Below, in pieces: positions 51,408 to 61,192 of a DNA stretch of 64,000 nt. Below the pieces are notes generated by a model. It searched no databases, was not told the origin of the DNA, and saw only the letters and a program-made list of their open reading frames with translations. This DNA is from Phycisphaerales bacterium (GTDB lineage Bacteria > Planctomycetota > Phycisphaerae > Phycisphaerales > SM1A02), in contig DAOMNO010000012.1 of assembly GCA_035443885.1 (NCBI GenBank), positions 815-64,814 of the forward strand, read 5' to 3'. A program made the translations under genes and the position numbers. Each line of letters begins with the position of its first letter. Positions within the stretch are counted from its first letter, which is position 1.

Positions 51408-52127
51408 TCAGGACTGGCCTTCGCCGCCTTCTGCTGTCGTGTCGCCTGCTGGAGCGCCATCCTGACGCCTGCCGCGCCCACCGCCACGACCGCCTGACGC
51501 GCCGCCGCGACCACCACGGCCACCGCGACCGCCCTTGGCATCTTGTCCCACGACATTCACCGGAGCCACGGCCTTCTCACCCGAACCGGAAGCAGGCATG
51601 AACGCCTTGCCGCGCTCGATGGATTCTTCGACTTCGGTCATGCCCAATTGCACGCCGCGAAGCTGTTCGATGAGTTCCTTGGATCGAAGCTGCTCCAGAC
51701 CGTTGATAACGGCCTTCACAAGGTTCTTGGGATTCGTGGACCCGAAGCTCTTGGTCAGGCAGTCCTGAATGCCCATCATTTCAAGCGGGGCGCGCGTGGC
51801 AGCACCGGCAATGACGCCCGTACCCGGCGAAGCGGGCAGGATGCGAACCGTGCACGCGCCGAATCGACCGGTTACCGCGTGGGGAATGGTGCGGCCGACC
51901 ATCGGAAACTGCGACATCTTCCGCTTGGCGACCTTCTGAGCCTTCTCAATCGCCTGCGGCACCTGATTGGCTTTGCCGTAACCGATGCCGACCTGGCCGT
52001 GTCGATCGCCGACGACGACCAGCGCGCTGAAGCTGAAGCGACGACCGCCCTTGACGGTTGCAGCGGTGCGATACACACCGACCGTGGTCGATTCGAGTGA
52101 TGATGTTGCGTCGAGCATTTCTGCCAT
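51408..52127 (-). CDS. rpsE: 30S ribosomal protein S5 with an RGG-repeat C-terminal extension
   Basis: VYRTAATVKGGRRFSFSALVVVGDRHGQVGIGYGKANQVPQAIEKA... forms the S5 core. The tail is AKGGRGGRGGRGGASGGRGGGRGRRQDG.... Confidence 0.9.
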   Translation of the reverse strand: MAEMLDATSSLESTTVGVYRTAATVKGGRRFSFSALVVVGDRHGQVGIGYGKANQVPQAIEKAQKVAKRKMSQFPMVGRTIPHAVTGRFGACTVRILPASPGTGVIAGAATRAPLEMMGIQDCLTKSFGSTNPKNLVKAVINGLEQLRSKELIEQLRGVQLGMTEVEESIERGKAFMPASGSGEKAVAPVNVVGQDAKGGRGGRGGRGGASGGRGGGRGRRQDGAPAGDTTAEGGEGQS

Positions 52128-52188
52128 TGGGTTGTCTCAGAAAAAGTGCTGCCTGCCGAGCGTGGCTTCGCGTGCGCGAAGCGACCTG

Positions 52189-52551
52189 TTAGAACTTCAA
52201 GCCCCCTTCGCGAGCTGCATCAGCCAGCGACTTGATGCGGCCGTGATACCGATATCCGTTGCGATCGAACACCACCGTCTCAATGCCGGCGGCTTTGGCT
52301 CGCTCCGCAATCGTCTTGCCAACCAACTGCGCCGCGGCCACGTTGCCGCCCTTCGCCACCTTGCTCGTCTTGTCCACAGTGGACGCGGAGACGATGGTGC
52401 GACCGGCAAGGTCGTCCACGATCTGAACGTAAATGTGCGCTGCGCTGCGGAACACCGTCAGGCGCGGGCGATGCGGCGTGCCGAGCACGCGCTTGCGGAT
52501 GCCGGTCTTGCGACGATTGCGTTGAGCGGACTTGCGTGTAATGCGATTCAT
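52189..52551 (-). CDS. rplR: 50S ribosomal protein L18
   Basis: [20 protein letters not shown]...[27 protein letters not shown]. Confidence 0.9.
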   Translation of the reverse strand: MNRITRKSAQRNRRKTGIRKRVLGTPHRPRLTVFRSAAHIYVQIVDDLAGRTIVSASTVDKTSKVAKGGNVAAAQLVGKTIAERAKAAGIETVVFDRNGYRYHGRIKSLADAAREGGLKF

Positions 52552-52576
52552 GACGATACCTCGCGGCTGACCTCAA

Positions 52577-53134
52577 TCAGGCGCCGAAGACCTTGCCCTG
52601 CTTGCGAATGATGATTTCGTCGGTGTACTTGATGCCTTTGCCGTTGTAAGGCTCAGGCGGACGCTTGGAACGAATCTCAGCGGCGAACTGGCCGACAGCC
52701 TGCTTATCTGCACCAGTAACCGTAATGAACTGGCCATCGATTGCGAACTGAACGCCAGCGGGAACTTTCATATCCACAGGCAGACAGTAGCCAACGTTGA
52801 GCTGCAGGTTCTTGCCGACGGTCTTCGCGTTCCAACCCACGCCGACAACTTCGAGCTTCTTCTCATAGCCCTTCGTAACGCCGTCGATCATGCACTGAAT
52901 GCGCGCCCTCGTCGTGCCCCAGTAGGCGCGGCTGGCGCGATCTTCCATGCGCGACTCCGGAATCGTGCAGGTAACGGCCTTCTCGGCTTCATCCCACTTC
53001 ACGTTGACCTCGGGACGATGGACATAAGACAGCTTGCCCTTGGAACCCTCCACATTGATGGTGCGGGTCTTCGGGTCGATCGAGATTTTGACGCCGGACG
53101 GAACGGCGACTGCTTTCTTTCCAATACGGGACAT
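52577..53134 (-). CDS. rplF: 50S ribosomal protein L6
   Basis: MSRIGKKAVAVPSGVKISID...PEPYNGKGIKYTDEIIIRKQGK. Confidence 0.9.
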   Translation of the reverse strand: MSRIGKKAVAVPSGVKISIDPKTRTINVEGSKGKLSYVHRPEVNVKWDEAEKAVTCTIPESRMEDRASRAYWGTTRARIQCMIDGVTKGYEKKLEVVGVGWNAKTVGKNLQLNVGYCLPVDMKVPAGVQFAIDGQFITVTGADKQAVGQFAAEIRSKRPPEPYNGKGIKYTDEIIIRKQGKVFGA

Positions 53135-53184
53135 GGCTGTGTTCCAGAAGTTGCTGGAGAGTCAAACTGGGAAATCTTGCTGCC

Positions 53185-53583
53185 TTACGTAACGATGGCG
53201 ACCACTTCACCGCCAACGCGCTTCTCGCGACACGCACGATCGCTAAAGACGCCCGCGCTGGTGGACACGATGGCGATGCCCATGCCCTGAAGCGGCTTTG
53301 GCAGGCCGTCCACGCCGCTATACACACGGCGGCCAGGCTTGGAGACGCGATCAATGGTGTTGAGCACGCGCTCGCCGCGCGGGCCGTAGTTCAGGTTCAC
53401 CTGAAGCACACCCTGCCTGCCGTCGTCGATGATCTCGAAGGACTTGAGGTAGCCCTCGTCCACGAGCACCTGCGCGACGCCACGGTTGAGCTTGTTGTTC
53501 AAGCACTTCACCGTGCGGGCGTTGTTGCGGGCCGCATTGCGGATGCGGGTGAGCATATCGGCTGTGAGGTCTTGCTGGGACAT
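53185..53583 (-). CDS. rpsH: 30S ribosomal protein S8
   Basis: DLTADMLTRIRNAARNNARTV...GMGIAIVSTSAGVFSDRACREKRVGGEVVAIV. Confidence 0.9.
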   Translation of the reverse strand: MSQQDLTADMLTRIRNAARNNARTVKCLNNKLNRGVAQVLVDEGYLKSFEIIDDGRQGVLQVNLNYGPRGERVLNTIDRVSKPGRRVYSGVDGLPKPLQGMGIAIVSTSAGVFSDRACREKRVGGEVVAIVT

Positions 53584-53638
53584 AGGAAGTTCTGTGGTCT
53601 GAGTTCTGAGTGCTGAATCGCCGCGAAGTCTTGCGGGG

Positions 53639-53824
53639 TTACCAACTGGCCTTTCGCATGCCGGGAATCATGCCCTGCAGCGCGAGTTCGCGAAGCACGA
53701 TGCGGCTGACACCGAACTTGCGGTACACGCCGCGAGCGCGGCCCGTAATCTGGCACCGGTTCACTTTCCTCGTGGAGAACTTGGGGGTGCGCTTCATCTT
53801 GGCGAACTTGGCTTTGCTGGCCAT
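53639..53824 (-). CDS. rpsN: 30S ribosomal protein S14, short (61 aa) form lacking the zinc-binding cysteines
   Basis: [61 protein letters not shown] has the type-Z length and ends, but keeps only one of the four Cys residues. Confidence 0.9.
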   Translation of the reverse strand: MASKAKFAKMKRTPKFSTRKVNRCQITGRARGVYRKFGVSRIVLRELALQGMIPGMRKASW

Positions 53825-53894
53825 TTACTTCATCCTCTTTCAATCGCAGCATCTGCGGCGAAAAACAATCCTGTTGCGAAAACCCGAATGCAGG

Positions 53895-54473
53895 TCAGTT
53901 GCCTTCCTTCACGAACGGCATGCCGAGCTGCTCAAGCAGATACCGGCTCATCTTCGGGTTCGAATTCTCGATGACCACGTTGATGTGCATGCCGTGGCTG
54001 AACGTAACGTTCGCCATGTTGATTTCCGGCCACACGGCCTGTTCCGTGAGACCGAGCGAGTAGCTGCCACCCTTGTCGAACGCCTTGTCCTTCACCCCGC
54101 GGAAGTCCTTGATACGCGGGATCGCGAGATTCATCAGGCGATCAAGGAAGTGCCACATGCGATCGCGACGGAGCGTAACCATGAACGCGCTCGGCGCACC
54201 TTCACGAACCTTGAAGTTCGCGACCGACTTGCGGGCGTTGATCATCACCGGGCGCTGACCGGAAATGGTGGACAGCGTGGACATCACCGTCTCGCGAATC
54301 TCCGGCTTGAGCTTCTGGTTCTCAAGGTACCGGCCAACACCGCAGTTGATCACAACCTTCGTGATCTTCGGAAGCTGGTGCACGTTGCGCAGGCCGAACT
54401 CCTTCATCACCTTGGGAGCGACAGTTTCCTCGTAGAGGCTCTGGAGTCGGGGTTTTTGTTTCTGGGCGACCAT
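53895..54473 (-). CDS. rplE: 50S ribosomal protein L5
   Basis: PRLQSLYEETVAPKVMKEFGLRNVHQLPKITKVVINCGVG...RGMHINVV. Confidence 0.9.
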   Translation of the reverse strand: MVAQKQKPRLQSLYEETVAPKVMKEFGLRNVHQLPKITKVVINCGVGRYLENQKLKPEIRETVMSTLSTISGQRPVMINARKSVANFKVREGAPSAFMVTLRRDRMWHFLDRLMNLAIPRIKDFRGVKDKAFDKGGSYSLGLTEQAVWPEINMANVTFSHGMHINVVIENSNPKMSRYLLEQLGMPFVKEGN

Positions 54474-54495
54474 GATCTCGTTCCTGCTCGAATGG

Positions 54496-54915
54496 TTACT
54501 TGGCGGCCTTGGCCTTCTTCGTTGTCGTCTTCTTCTTCACCGGTGCAGTGGCGGGCTTGGCGGCCTTCACCGGCTTGCCTTCACCGCGCGGGCCGTGCAG
54601 CGTGTGTAGCGTCTTGCCGTTGCGGACAGCGACACGCGCCTTCGTGCCGTCCGCAGCCGTCTCAAAGCGGACGCGCGTCGGCTTGCCGTCCACGACGGGG
54701 CTGACATTGCTGATGTGGATCGGCATCTCGCGACGGATGATGCCGCCCTTGGGGTTCGCCTGCGAGGGCTTCAGGTGCTTCACGCGAACGTTGATGCCCT
54801 GCACGACGACCCGATCCTTGTCGCCGAGGATGCGAAGCACTTCGCCGGTCGCGCCGCGCTCGTTGCCTGCGGTCACGATGACCTGATCACCTTTACGAAT
54901 ATGCTTCGGCATCAC
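54496..54915 (-). CDS. rplX: 50S ribosomal protein L24 (Lys/Ala-rich tail)
   Basis: [67 protein letters not shown]. Confidence 0.9.
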   Translation of the reverse strand: MMPKHIRKGDQVIVTAGNERGATGEVLRILGDKDRVVVQGINVRVKHLKPSQANPKGGIIRREMPIHISNVSPVVDGKPTRVRFETAADGTKARVAVRNGKTLHTLHGPRGEGKPVKAAKPATAPVKKKTTTKKAKAAK

Positions 54916-55298
54916 ACCACCTCCGCGGCGAGAGAGACGATCTTCATGTAGTTCTTCTCACGCAGTTCGCGAGCGACCGCGCCGAAGATGCGAGTGCCCT
55001 TCGGGTTGCCATCCTCGTTGATAAGGACGCACGCGTTGGAGTCGAAGCGAACATACGAGCCGTCGTCGCGACGGGTTGGGTACTTCGTGCGAACGATGAC
55101 GGCCTTGACTTTGTCGCCGGCTTTCACGTCCGCATTGGGCAGAGCCTTCTTGACGGCGCACATGACGCGATCGCCCACGCCGACGGATCGACGGGTGAAT
55201 CGGCCTCGCGCGCCGGAACCGCCGGGCACGCCGATGATCATCACCTCGCGGGCGCCGCTGTTGTCGGCCACACTCAATCTTGATTCATTCTGCAACAT
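54912..55298 (-). CDS. rplN: 50S ribosomal protein L14
   Basis: [22 protein letters not shown]...[29 protein letters not shown]...[28 protein letters not shown]. Confidence 0.9.
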   Translation of the reverse strand: MLQNESRLSVADNSGAREVMIIGVPGGSGARGRFTRRSVGVGDRVMCAVKKALPNADVKAGDKVKAVIVRTKYPTRRDDGSYVRFDSNACVLINEDGNPKGTRIFGAVARELREKNYMKIVSLAAEVV

Positions 55299-55352
55299 GG
55301 CAAATCACTTTCGTTCGCGCCTCGCGCGAAACGCTGTTCCTTCCTGACTCGT

Positions 55353-55640
55353 TCAGACCAACTGCTCCGTTGCCTTATGAACGATGCGCAGCAGCACCCA
55401 CGACTTGGTCTTGGAGATCGGCCTGCACTCGGCGATCTCCACCCGGTCGCCCACCTTCGAGGCGTTCTGCTCGTCGTGGACGTGCAGAACGGTGCGGCGG
55501 CGGATGTACTTTCCGTACTTCGGGTGCTTCACGGAGTAGCTGATCGAGACCTTGCGGGTCTTGTTGCGAGCGTCAGACTCGACGACGCCAATGCGCCTCG
55601 GCGACTTTTCCGGCACGTTGATTTCTTTGGTGTGTGACAC
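55353..55640 (-). CDS. rpsQ: 30S ribosomal protein S17
   Basis: [67 protein letters not shown]. Confidence 0.9.
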   Translation of the reverse strand: MSHTKEINVPEKSPRRIGVVESDARNKTRKVSISYSVKHPKYGKYIRRRTVLHVHDEQNASKVGDRVEIAECRPISKTKSWVLLRIVHKATEQLV

Positions 55641-55661
55641 GGTCGTTCTCGTGGTATCGGG

Positions 55662-55859
55662 TTAGCTGGCCTGGGCGGCGCGACGGCTGCGCTCGGTGAG
55701 CACACGGGCAAGGTCGCGCCGAACCTTCCCAAACTGCGAGGTATCCTGAATCTTCTCCGTCACTGCCTGCGTGCGCAGTTCGAAGAGCCGCTGCCGCAGA
55801 CGCGCGGCCTCGATGCTGATTTCCTCGTCGTTGAGCTTTCGTACTTCTCGGGACTTCAT
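55662..55859 (-). CDS. rpmC: 50S ribosomal protein L29
   Basis: MKSREVRKLNDEEISIEAARLRQRLFELRTQAVTEKIQDTSQFGKVRRDLARVLTE. Confidence 0.85.
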   Translation of the reverse strand: MKSREVRKLNDEEISIEAARLRQRLFELRTQAVTEKIQDTSQFGKVRRDLARVLTERSRRAAQAS

Positions 55860-55919
55860 GGTTGTTCTCAGGTGTAAGGTCTGAGTGGTTGTTTCAAACT
55901 TCGTCTTCTCGATCTTCGA

Positions 55920-56339
55920 TTACACGGCCAGACGACGGCCCACGAATCGGCAACGAACCGGCATCTTGTGCGCCACACGCGCCAAAGCCTGCTTCGCCGT
56001 ATCTTCCGGCACACCCGTGATCTCAAAGAGCATGGTGCCGGGCTTGATGCGTGCTGCCCAGTAATCCGTATCCGCCTTGCCCTTACCCATTCGCGTTTCC
56101 AGCGGCTTCTTTGAAATCGGCTTATCCGGGAACACGCGGATGAACACCTTGCCCTGACGGCGAAGGAAGTGCTGGGCCGCAATTCGGCCCGCTTCGAGCT
56201 GACGCGCGGTGAGCCAGTGAGGCTCAAGCGCCTGCAGGCCGTAATCACCGTACGCGACATAGTTGCCGCGCGTGGCGTTGCCCTTGAGCTTGCCGCGCAT
56301 CTGCTTGCGGAACTTGATTCGCTTTGGCATCCGTGGCAT
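55920..56339 (-). CDS. rplP: 50S ribosomal protein L16
   Basis: MPKRIKFRKQMRGKLKGNATRGN.V.YGDYGLQALEPHWLTARQLEAGRIA. Confidence 0.9.
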   Translation of the reverse strand: MPRMPKRIKFRKQMRGKLKGNATRGNYVAYGDYGLQALEPHWLTARQLEAGRIAAQHFLRRQGKVFIRVFPDKPISKKPLETRMGKGKADTDYWAARIKPGTMLFEITGVPEDTAKQALARVAHKMPVRCRFVGRRLAV

Positions 56340-56423
56340 GGTTCTTCAATCCTCGGTCGTGTCTGTCGGTCTCAGTTCAAGTCGTTCAAGTTTCGCCAGG
56401 GTTGATCGCCCTGACGCCCATTC

Positions 56424-57128
56424 TTAGCGGCGGCCTCGTGCGCGAGCGCGAGCGCCAGCAGCGCGGGAGTCGATCTGCTCTTCCTCTGCGGTGCTGTACA
56501 TGCCCTTATAGACCCACACCTTGATGCCCAGCGTGCCATATGTCGTGTGCGCGGGGACGCAGGAGTAGTCCACGTTGGCCTGAAGCGTGGAGAGCGGAAT
56601 CGAGCCGAGACGCTGGCTGAAGGTGCGGGACATTTCCGCACCGCCCAGGCGGCCGGACACCTGAATGCGCACACCCTTCGCGCCGTTCTGCATCGCACCT
56701 TCGCATCGCTGCTTCAACAGGCGACGGAAGTTCGCTCGCTTCTTCATCTGCTCCGCGATCGCTTCCGCAATCAATCGAGCATCCGTATCCGGGTTGTTGA
56801 TCTCGATGATCTTTACCGAGACCTTGCGACCGGTGAGAGCTTGCAGATCGGCCGTCAGCTTCTCGATCTCCTGGCCCTTCGGCCCGATGACGAGACCTGG
56901 CCGCGCCGTCTTCACGATGACCGTCAGCTCTTCGCGGGTGCGCTCGATGTGAATATCCGAGACGGCTGCGAATGGAGGCGTGCGGTTCAGTCGCTTATCG
57001 ACGTACTGGCGGATGCGATAATCCTCGACCAGCAGCTCGGCGAAGAGAGCCTTCGGCGCATACCAGCGAGACTTGTGTCCCTCAGTGACGCCGACGCGGA
57101 AACCAAATGGATGGGTCTTCTGTCCCAT
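56424..57128 (-). CDS. rpsC: 30S ribosomal protein S3
   Basis: MGQKTHPFGFRVGVTEGHKSRWYA...IERTREELTVIVKTARPGLVIGPKGQEIEKL. Confidence 0.95.
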   Translation of the reverse strand: MGQKTHPFGFRVGVTEGHKSRWYAPKALFAELLVEDYRIRQYVDKRLNRTPPFAAVSDIHIERTREELTVIVKTARPGLVIGPKGQEIEKLTADLQALTGRKVSVKIIEINNPDTDARLIAEAIAEQMKKRANFRRLLKQRCEGAMQNGAKGVRIQVSGRLGGAEMSRTFSQRLGSIPLSTLQANVDYSCVPAHTTYGTLGIKVWVYKGMYSTAEEEQIDSRAAGARARARGRR

Positions 57129-57133
57129 TGAAA

Positions 57134-57466
57134 TCAGCTCCTCTGATCCACGACCACGTGGAGGTGGCTGGTGCGCTTGTTGATTGGATGCGCCCGGCCG
57201 CGATCCTTCGGCTGGAAGCGCTTGATGGTCGGCCCTTCATCGACGAAGGACTCCTTGACGTACAACTCCTCAATGCGAGCGTCGCGCTCCTCAGCATTGG
57301 CGATCGCGCTCTTCAGCACGGCCTTGAGGTACCACGCGGCACGCTTCTTTGAGAGTTGAAGCTGCGTCATGGCGTCGTCCACGCTCATGCCGCGAATGAG
57401 GTCCGCCACCAGACGGGCCTTCCGCGGAGCGATGCGGGCGAAACGATGTGTTGCTTGATATGCCAT
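57134..57466 (-). CDS. rplV: 50S ribosomal protein L22
   Basis: [40 protein letters not shown]...[25 protein letters not shown]. Confidence 0.9.
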   Translation of the reverse strand: MAYQATHRFARIAPRKARLVADLIRGMSVDDAMTQLQLSKKRAAWYLKAVLKSAIANAEERDARIEELYVKESFVDEGPTIKRFQPKDRGRAHPINKRTSHLHVVVDQRS

Positions 57467-57503
57467 GGCAAATAACTTCCGAATGCAGCGAACGGCAAAC
57501 TTC

Positions 57504-57791
57504 TTACTTCTTGGCGACGGCCACGCCTTCCTTCTTGTTCGTGTGGCCGCGGAACATGCGGGTCGGGCTGAACTCGCCCAGCTTGTGGCCCACCATGTCT
57601 TCCGTCACAAACACGTCAATGAACGCGCGACCGTTATGCACTTGGAACGTGAACCCGACGAACTCCGGCACGATGGTGCAGGCGCGCGCCCAGGTCTTGA
57701 TGGGCTTCTTCGAAGTGCTGCCGCTCTGACGCTCCACCTTGCGATAGAGCTTCTCATTGACGAACGGGCCTTTTTTCAGTGATCGGGACAT
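57504..57791 (-). CDS. rpsS: 30S ribosomal protein S19
   Basis: [15 protein letters not shown]...[48 protein letters not shown]. Confidence 0.95.
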   Translation of the reverse strand: MSRSLKKGPFVNEKLYRKVERQSGSTSKKPIKTWARACTIVPEFVGFTFQVHNGRAFIDVFVTEDMVGHKLGEFSPTRMFRGHTNKKEGVAVAKK

Positions 57792-57840
57792 AAGTCAGTT
57801 CCGAAATCCGTGTGCTGTTTCAAATACCAGAGAATCCGTG

Positions 57841-58695
57841 TCAGAGCTTGAGCTGACCGTAACGCTTGCTCTTACGACGACGCAGAATGCGTGCGTCTGT
57901 CCAGCGGCCACGCGGTCGCGTGCGTCCGCCCTTCGACTTCGTGCCCGAAGCACTGGCCGGTTCGCGACCGCTCTTCGAACGACCTTCACCGCCGCCCAGC
58001 GGGTGGCAACTGTGATCCTTCGCCACGCCGCGTGTCTTCGGCCCGCGACCGCGCCAACGATTGCGGCCAGCCTTGCCGAGCTTGACGTTCTGGTGATCCG
58101 TGTTGCCGACCTGACCGATCGTTGCGCGACAGTCAAGGCTCACCTGACGGATTTCACCCGAAGGGAGTACGAGTGTCGCCCAGCGACCTTCCTTGTTGGT
58201 CAGTCGCGCACCGGAACCAGCACTGCGGCAGAGACCGCCACGCTTGCCCGGCTCGAACTCGATGTTGTGAACGGTCAGACCGGTCGGAATGAAGCGAAGC
58301 GGCATGCAGTTGCCGTCCTTCGGCTCAACCGCATGTGAACCGCTCATCAGTTCTTCGCCAACCTTGATGCCCTTTGGAGCCAGGATGTAACGCAAGTCGC
58401 CGTCCGCATAGCGAACGAGCGCGATGTGGCACGTGCGGTTGGGGTCGTACTCGATCGTCTCAACCGTGGCGATCACGTCATCCTTCGTGCGACCGAAGTC
58501 GATCAGACGATAACGACGCTTGTGGCCGCCGGAGCGAGCGCGAACGGTGATCTTGCCCTGCGCGTTGCGACCGCCGGTCTTCTTCAGCGGCTTGAGCAGG
58601 CTCTTCTCCGGCGTCGAGCTGGTCACCTCCGAGTGGAGATTGACCGATGCGTTGCGCCGGCCGTTGCTTGTTGGTCTGTAAATGCGAATAGCCAT
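57841..58695 (-). CDS. rplB: 50S ribosomal protein L2
   Basis: MAIRIYRPTSNGRR...GGRNAQGKITVRARSGGHKRRYRLIDF...HPLGGGEGRSKSG. Confidence 0.95.
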   Translation of the reverse strand: MAIRIYRPTSNGRRNASVNLHSEVTSSTPEKSLLKPLKKTGGRNAQGKITVRARSGGHKRRYRLIDFGRTKDDVIATVETIEYDPNRTCHIALVRYADGDLRYILAPKGIKVGEELMSGSHAVEPKDGNCMPLRFIPTGLTVHNIEFEPGKRGGLCRSAGSGARLTNKEGRWATLVLPSGEIRQVSLDCRATIGQVGNTDHQNVKLGKAGRNRWRGRGPKTRGVAKDHSCHPLGGGEGRSKSGREPASASGTKSKGGRTRPRGRWTDARILRRRKSKRYGQLKL

Positions 58696-58748
58696 GGGAG
58701 TCTTTCGTTACGGGCCGGCGAAGTTCTCGCCGACGCGCTTCAGAGTCA

Positions 58749-59027
58749 TCAGAACAGTTCGATCTTGTCCTCCGGATGGACCTTCACGATGGCCTGCTTG
58801 ATATCACTATCGTTGTAGAAGCCGAAACGATTGCGATGGTTCTTGCCCTTGTGGATCTTCGTCGCCACGCTGAGCACACGAACCTTGTACAGCTCTTCCA
58901 CCGCCTTCTTGATTTCCGCTTTGGTGGCACGAGGATCGACCTTGAATGCCACGCGATTCAGTTCCGCGGCGGCATAGGTGTTCTTCTCCGTCACCAGAGG
59001 CTTCTTAATGATCTGTGTGGCAAGCAT
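58749..59027 (-). CDS. rplW: 50S ribosomal protein L23
   Basis: IKKPLVTEKNTYAAAELNRVAFKVDPRATKAEIKKAVEELYKVRVLSV. Confidence 0.9.
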   Translation of the reverse strand: MLATQIIKKPLVTEKNTYAAAELNRVAFKVDPRATKAEIKKAVEELYKVRVLSVATKIHKGKNHRNRFGFYNDSDIKQAIVKVHPEDKIELF

Positions 59028-59695
59028 CAGGCCGCCTCCTTCGTCGCTTCAAGAGCCTCGTGATTCCAAGCCTCGCCGTTCAGGAACGCTTCGAGCGAAG
59101 CGCGATCGACGACGAGATAACGATGATTGAGAAGTTCAAACACGTTGAGCTGCTCGATGCGGATGGTGCTCACGTTGTCGAGATTGCGAGCGGAAAGGGC
59201 CGCGTTGCGGTTCGCCGGGTCCAGCGCGATCAGACACGTGCGGTCGATCTTCAGCGCGTCGAGGAGAGTCTGCATGTCGCGTGCCTTCGGGGCGGCGAAA
59301 TCCAGACGATCCACGCACTTCACTTCGTTGTCCACCAGCTTGGCAAGCAGTGCGTTGCGATTGGCGAGACGGCGCATCTTCTTTGGCATGCTCTTGCGGA
59401 AGTCCTCGTGCGTGCGAGTCTTCGCAAACGCCACGCCACCGCCCTTGCGGTGCGGCACGCGCTTCGGGCCCATACGGGCGTTGCCCGTGCCCTTCTGGCG
59501 GTACATTTTCTTCGTTGAACCTTCGACCATGCCGCGGCTCTTGGTCCGCGAAGAACCCTGCCTGCGGTTGGCGTGGAACATGACGTACGCCTGCTTAAGC
59601 AGAGCGGGGCGCACCTCAGTACCGAGGAGCGCCTCGTCGATGGCGAGCGTATCGACCTGCTCGCCCTTGTTGTTGTAGATAGGGATATCGATCAT
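59027..59695 (-). CDS. rplD: 50S ribosomal protein L4
   Basis: RQGSSRTKSRGMVEGSTKKMYRQKGTGNARMGPKRVPHRKGGGVAF. Confidence 0.9.
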   Translation of the reverse strand: MIDIPIYNNKGEQVDTLAIDEALLGTEVRPALLKQAYVMFHANRRQGSSRTKSRGMVEGSTKKMYRQKGTGNARMGPKRVPHRKGGGVAFAKTRTHEDFRKSMPKKMRRLANRNALLAKLVDNEVKCVDRLDFAAPKARDMQTLLDALKIDRTCLIALDPANRNAALSARNLDNVSTIRIEQLNVFELLNHRYLVVDRASLEAFLNGEAWNHEALEATKEAA

Positions 59696-59869
59696 TGTTC
59701 TTCACACCTGACGGCTTGTGCCGTCTGTTAGCGCCTCACCCTCCGCATCCGGTTTCGATTCCGGCGGGCAGGGTTACGACTCGGTCGTCTTCAGTCGAAC
59801 TGTCGCGATCGCGTGGTTCGGGTTGGGCGTTCGCCCGCCGCCGCCTTCGCAATCAGCCGGTTGAACGGG

Positions 59870-60556
59870 TCAGCCGGCCTTCACCAGTCTTTGCTTCCTC
59901 CGATTGAGGCGAATCGCCTCACGAACATACACATAGCCCTCATTCGGACCCGGAACCGGACCCTTCACAAGGATGAGATTCTTCTCCGGATTTACGGCGA
60001 TCACATCCAGACTTCGCGCGGTGACGCGCTCGTCGCCCATGTGACCGGCCATCCGCTTGCCCTTCTTCACCTTCGGGCCGGTGCCTCGGTTCGTCGCGTG
60101 GCTGGCAATCGAGCCTGCGGAGCGGTGCTTACGCTCAACGCCGTGGCTGGCTTCAAGACCCGCGAAGTTATGACGCTTCATCGGCCCCTGAAAACCCTTG
60201 CCCTTGCTCGTGCCGACCACATCGACATACTTGATCCCGTCAAAGACTGAAACGTCGAGCGTCTGCCCAAGCTCAAAGCTGCTGACGCCATTGTCATCCT
60301 CAAAGCGAACTTCCTGATGGAACCGCTTGGGAGCCTGGCCGGCCTTGGCATCGTGGCCGATGAGCGGCATCGTGCTGCGACGGGGCTTGATGTCCTCAAA
60401 CGCAAGCTGCACCGCGCTGTAGCCGTCGGTCTCAGATGTCTTGATCTGCGTGACGGCGCACGGCCCGGCCTGAATCACAGTGACGGGGACATTCGTCCCG
60501 TCTTCCATGAAGTAGCGGGTCATGCCGATCTTTCGTCCAAGCAGTGCAGCAGGCAT
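59870..60556 (-). CDS. rplC: 50S ribosomal protein L3
   Basis: [36 protein letters not shown]...[23 protein letters not shown]. Confidence 0.95.
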   Translation of the reverse strand: MPAALLGRKIGMTRYFMEDGTNVPVTVIQAGPCAVTQIKTSETDGYSAVQLAFEDIKPRRSTMPLIGHDAKAGQAPKRFHQEVRFEDDNGVSSFELGQTLDVSVFDGIKYVDVVGTSKGKGFQGPMKRHNFAGLEASHGVERKHRSAGSIASHATNRGTGPKVKKGKRMAGHMGDERVTARSLDVIAVNPEKNLILVKGPVPGPNEGYVYVREAIRLNRRKQRLVKAG

Positions 60557-60662
60557 TTTCGTTCGCTCCAGTCTTCGTCAGGGGTTGCCCGGAACGGCAA
60601 CATGACGGGGGTTTGCTTCAACAAACAAGCGGCCGATTGGCCGCCAAAATACAACTCCAGGC

Positions 60663-60971
60663 TTACGCCTTGATCTTGACGAAAACGCCCGCGGGAACGA
60701 CAAGCCTGTTCAGGGCTTCGACGGTGCGGGCGTTGGGGTCCGAGATATCGATGATGCGCTTGTGCGTGCGGATCTCGAATTGCTCACGAGACTTCTTGTC
60801 GATGAACGGACTGCGATTGACCGTGTAAATCTCACGGCGCGTGGGCAGCGGAACCGGCCCCGCAACACGGGCGCCAGTGCGCTTGGCGTGATCCACGATC
60901 TCGCGCGCTGAGGCGTCGAGAGCCTGGTGGTCATACGCCTCCATTCGAATTCGAATCTTGCCGCCATTCAT
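60663..60971 (-). CDS. rpsJ: 30S ribosomal protein S10
   Basis: [72 protein letters not shown]. The start is moved to ATG 60971 (MNGGKIRIR). Confidence 0.9.
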   Translation of the reverse strand: MNGGKIRIRMEAYDHQALDASAREIVDHAKRTGARVAGPVPLPTRREIYTVNRSPFIDKKSREQFEIRTHKRIIDISDPNARTVEALNRLVVPAGVFVKIKA

Positions 60972-61083
60972 AAGTGCGTCAATTCCTGCAATTCGCCGAG
61001 TCGGCGACATCCTTGTCCCGCAGTCGGACACGCGCCGACAGGGGCTTCGCTCAGCTCATATAGCCAGCGAGTGCGAATCGGTG

Positions 61084-61111
61084 ATGATACGGGTTCCCGC
61101 GTTTCTGTCAA
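61084..61111 (-). promoter_or_regulatory. candidate sigma-70 promoter of the S10-spc-alpha ribosomal operon
   Basis: The minus strand reads TTGACA-N16-TATCAT, with an A-rich stretch (AAAAAA) further upstream. It lies about 110 nt upstream of the rpsJ ATG. Confidence 0.45.
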
Positions 61112-61192
61112 CCTGAGGGGAAACCAAGGATCGCACCTTTTTTGATCTCACTGCCCCACTCTCTGCGAAACCCTGAGGATACAGTGTGCGTT

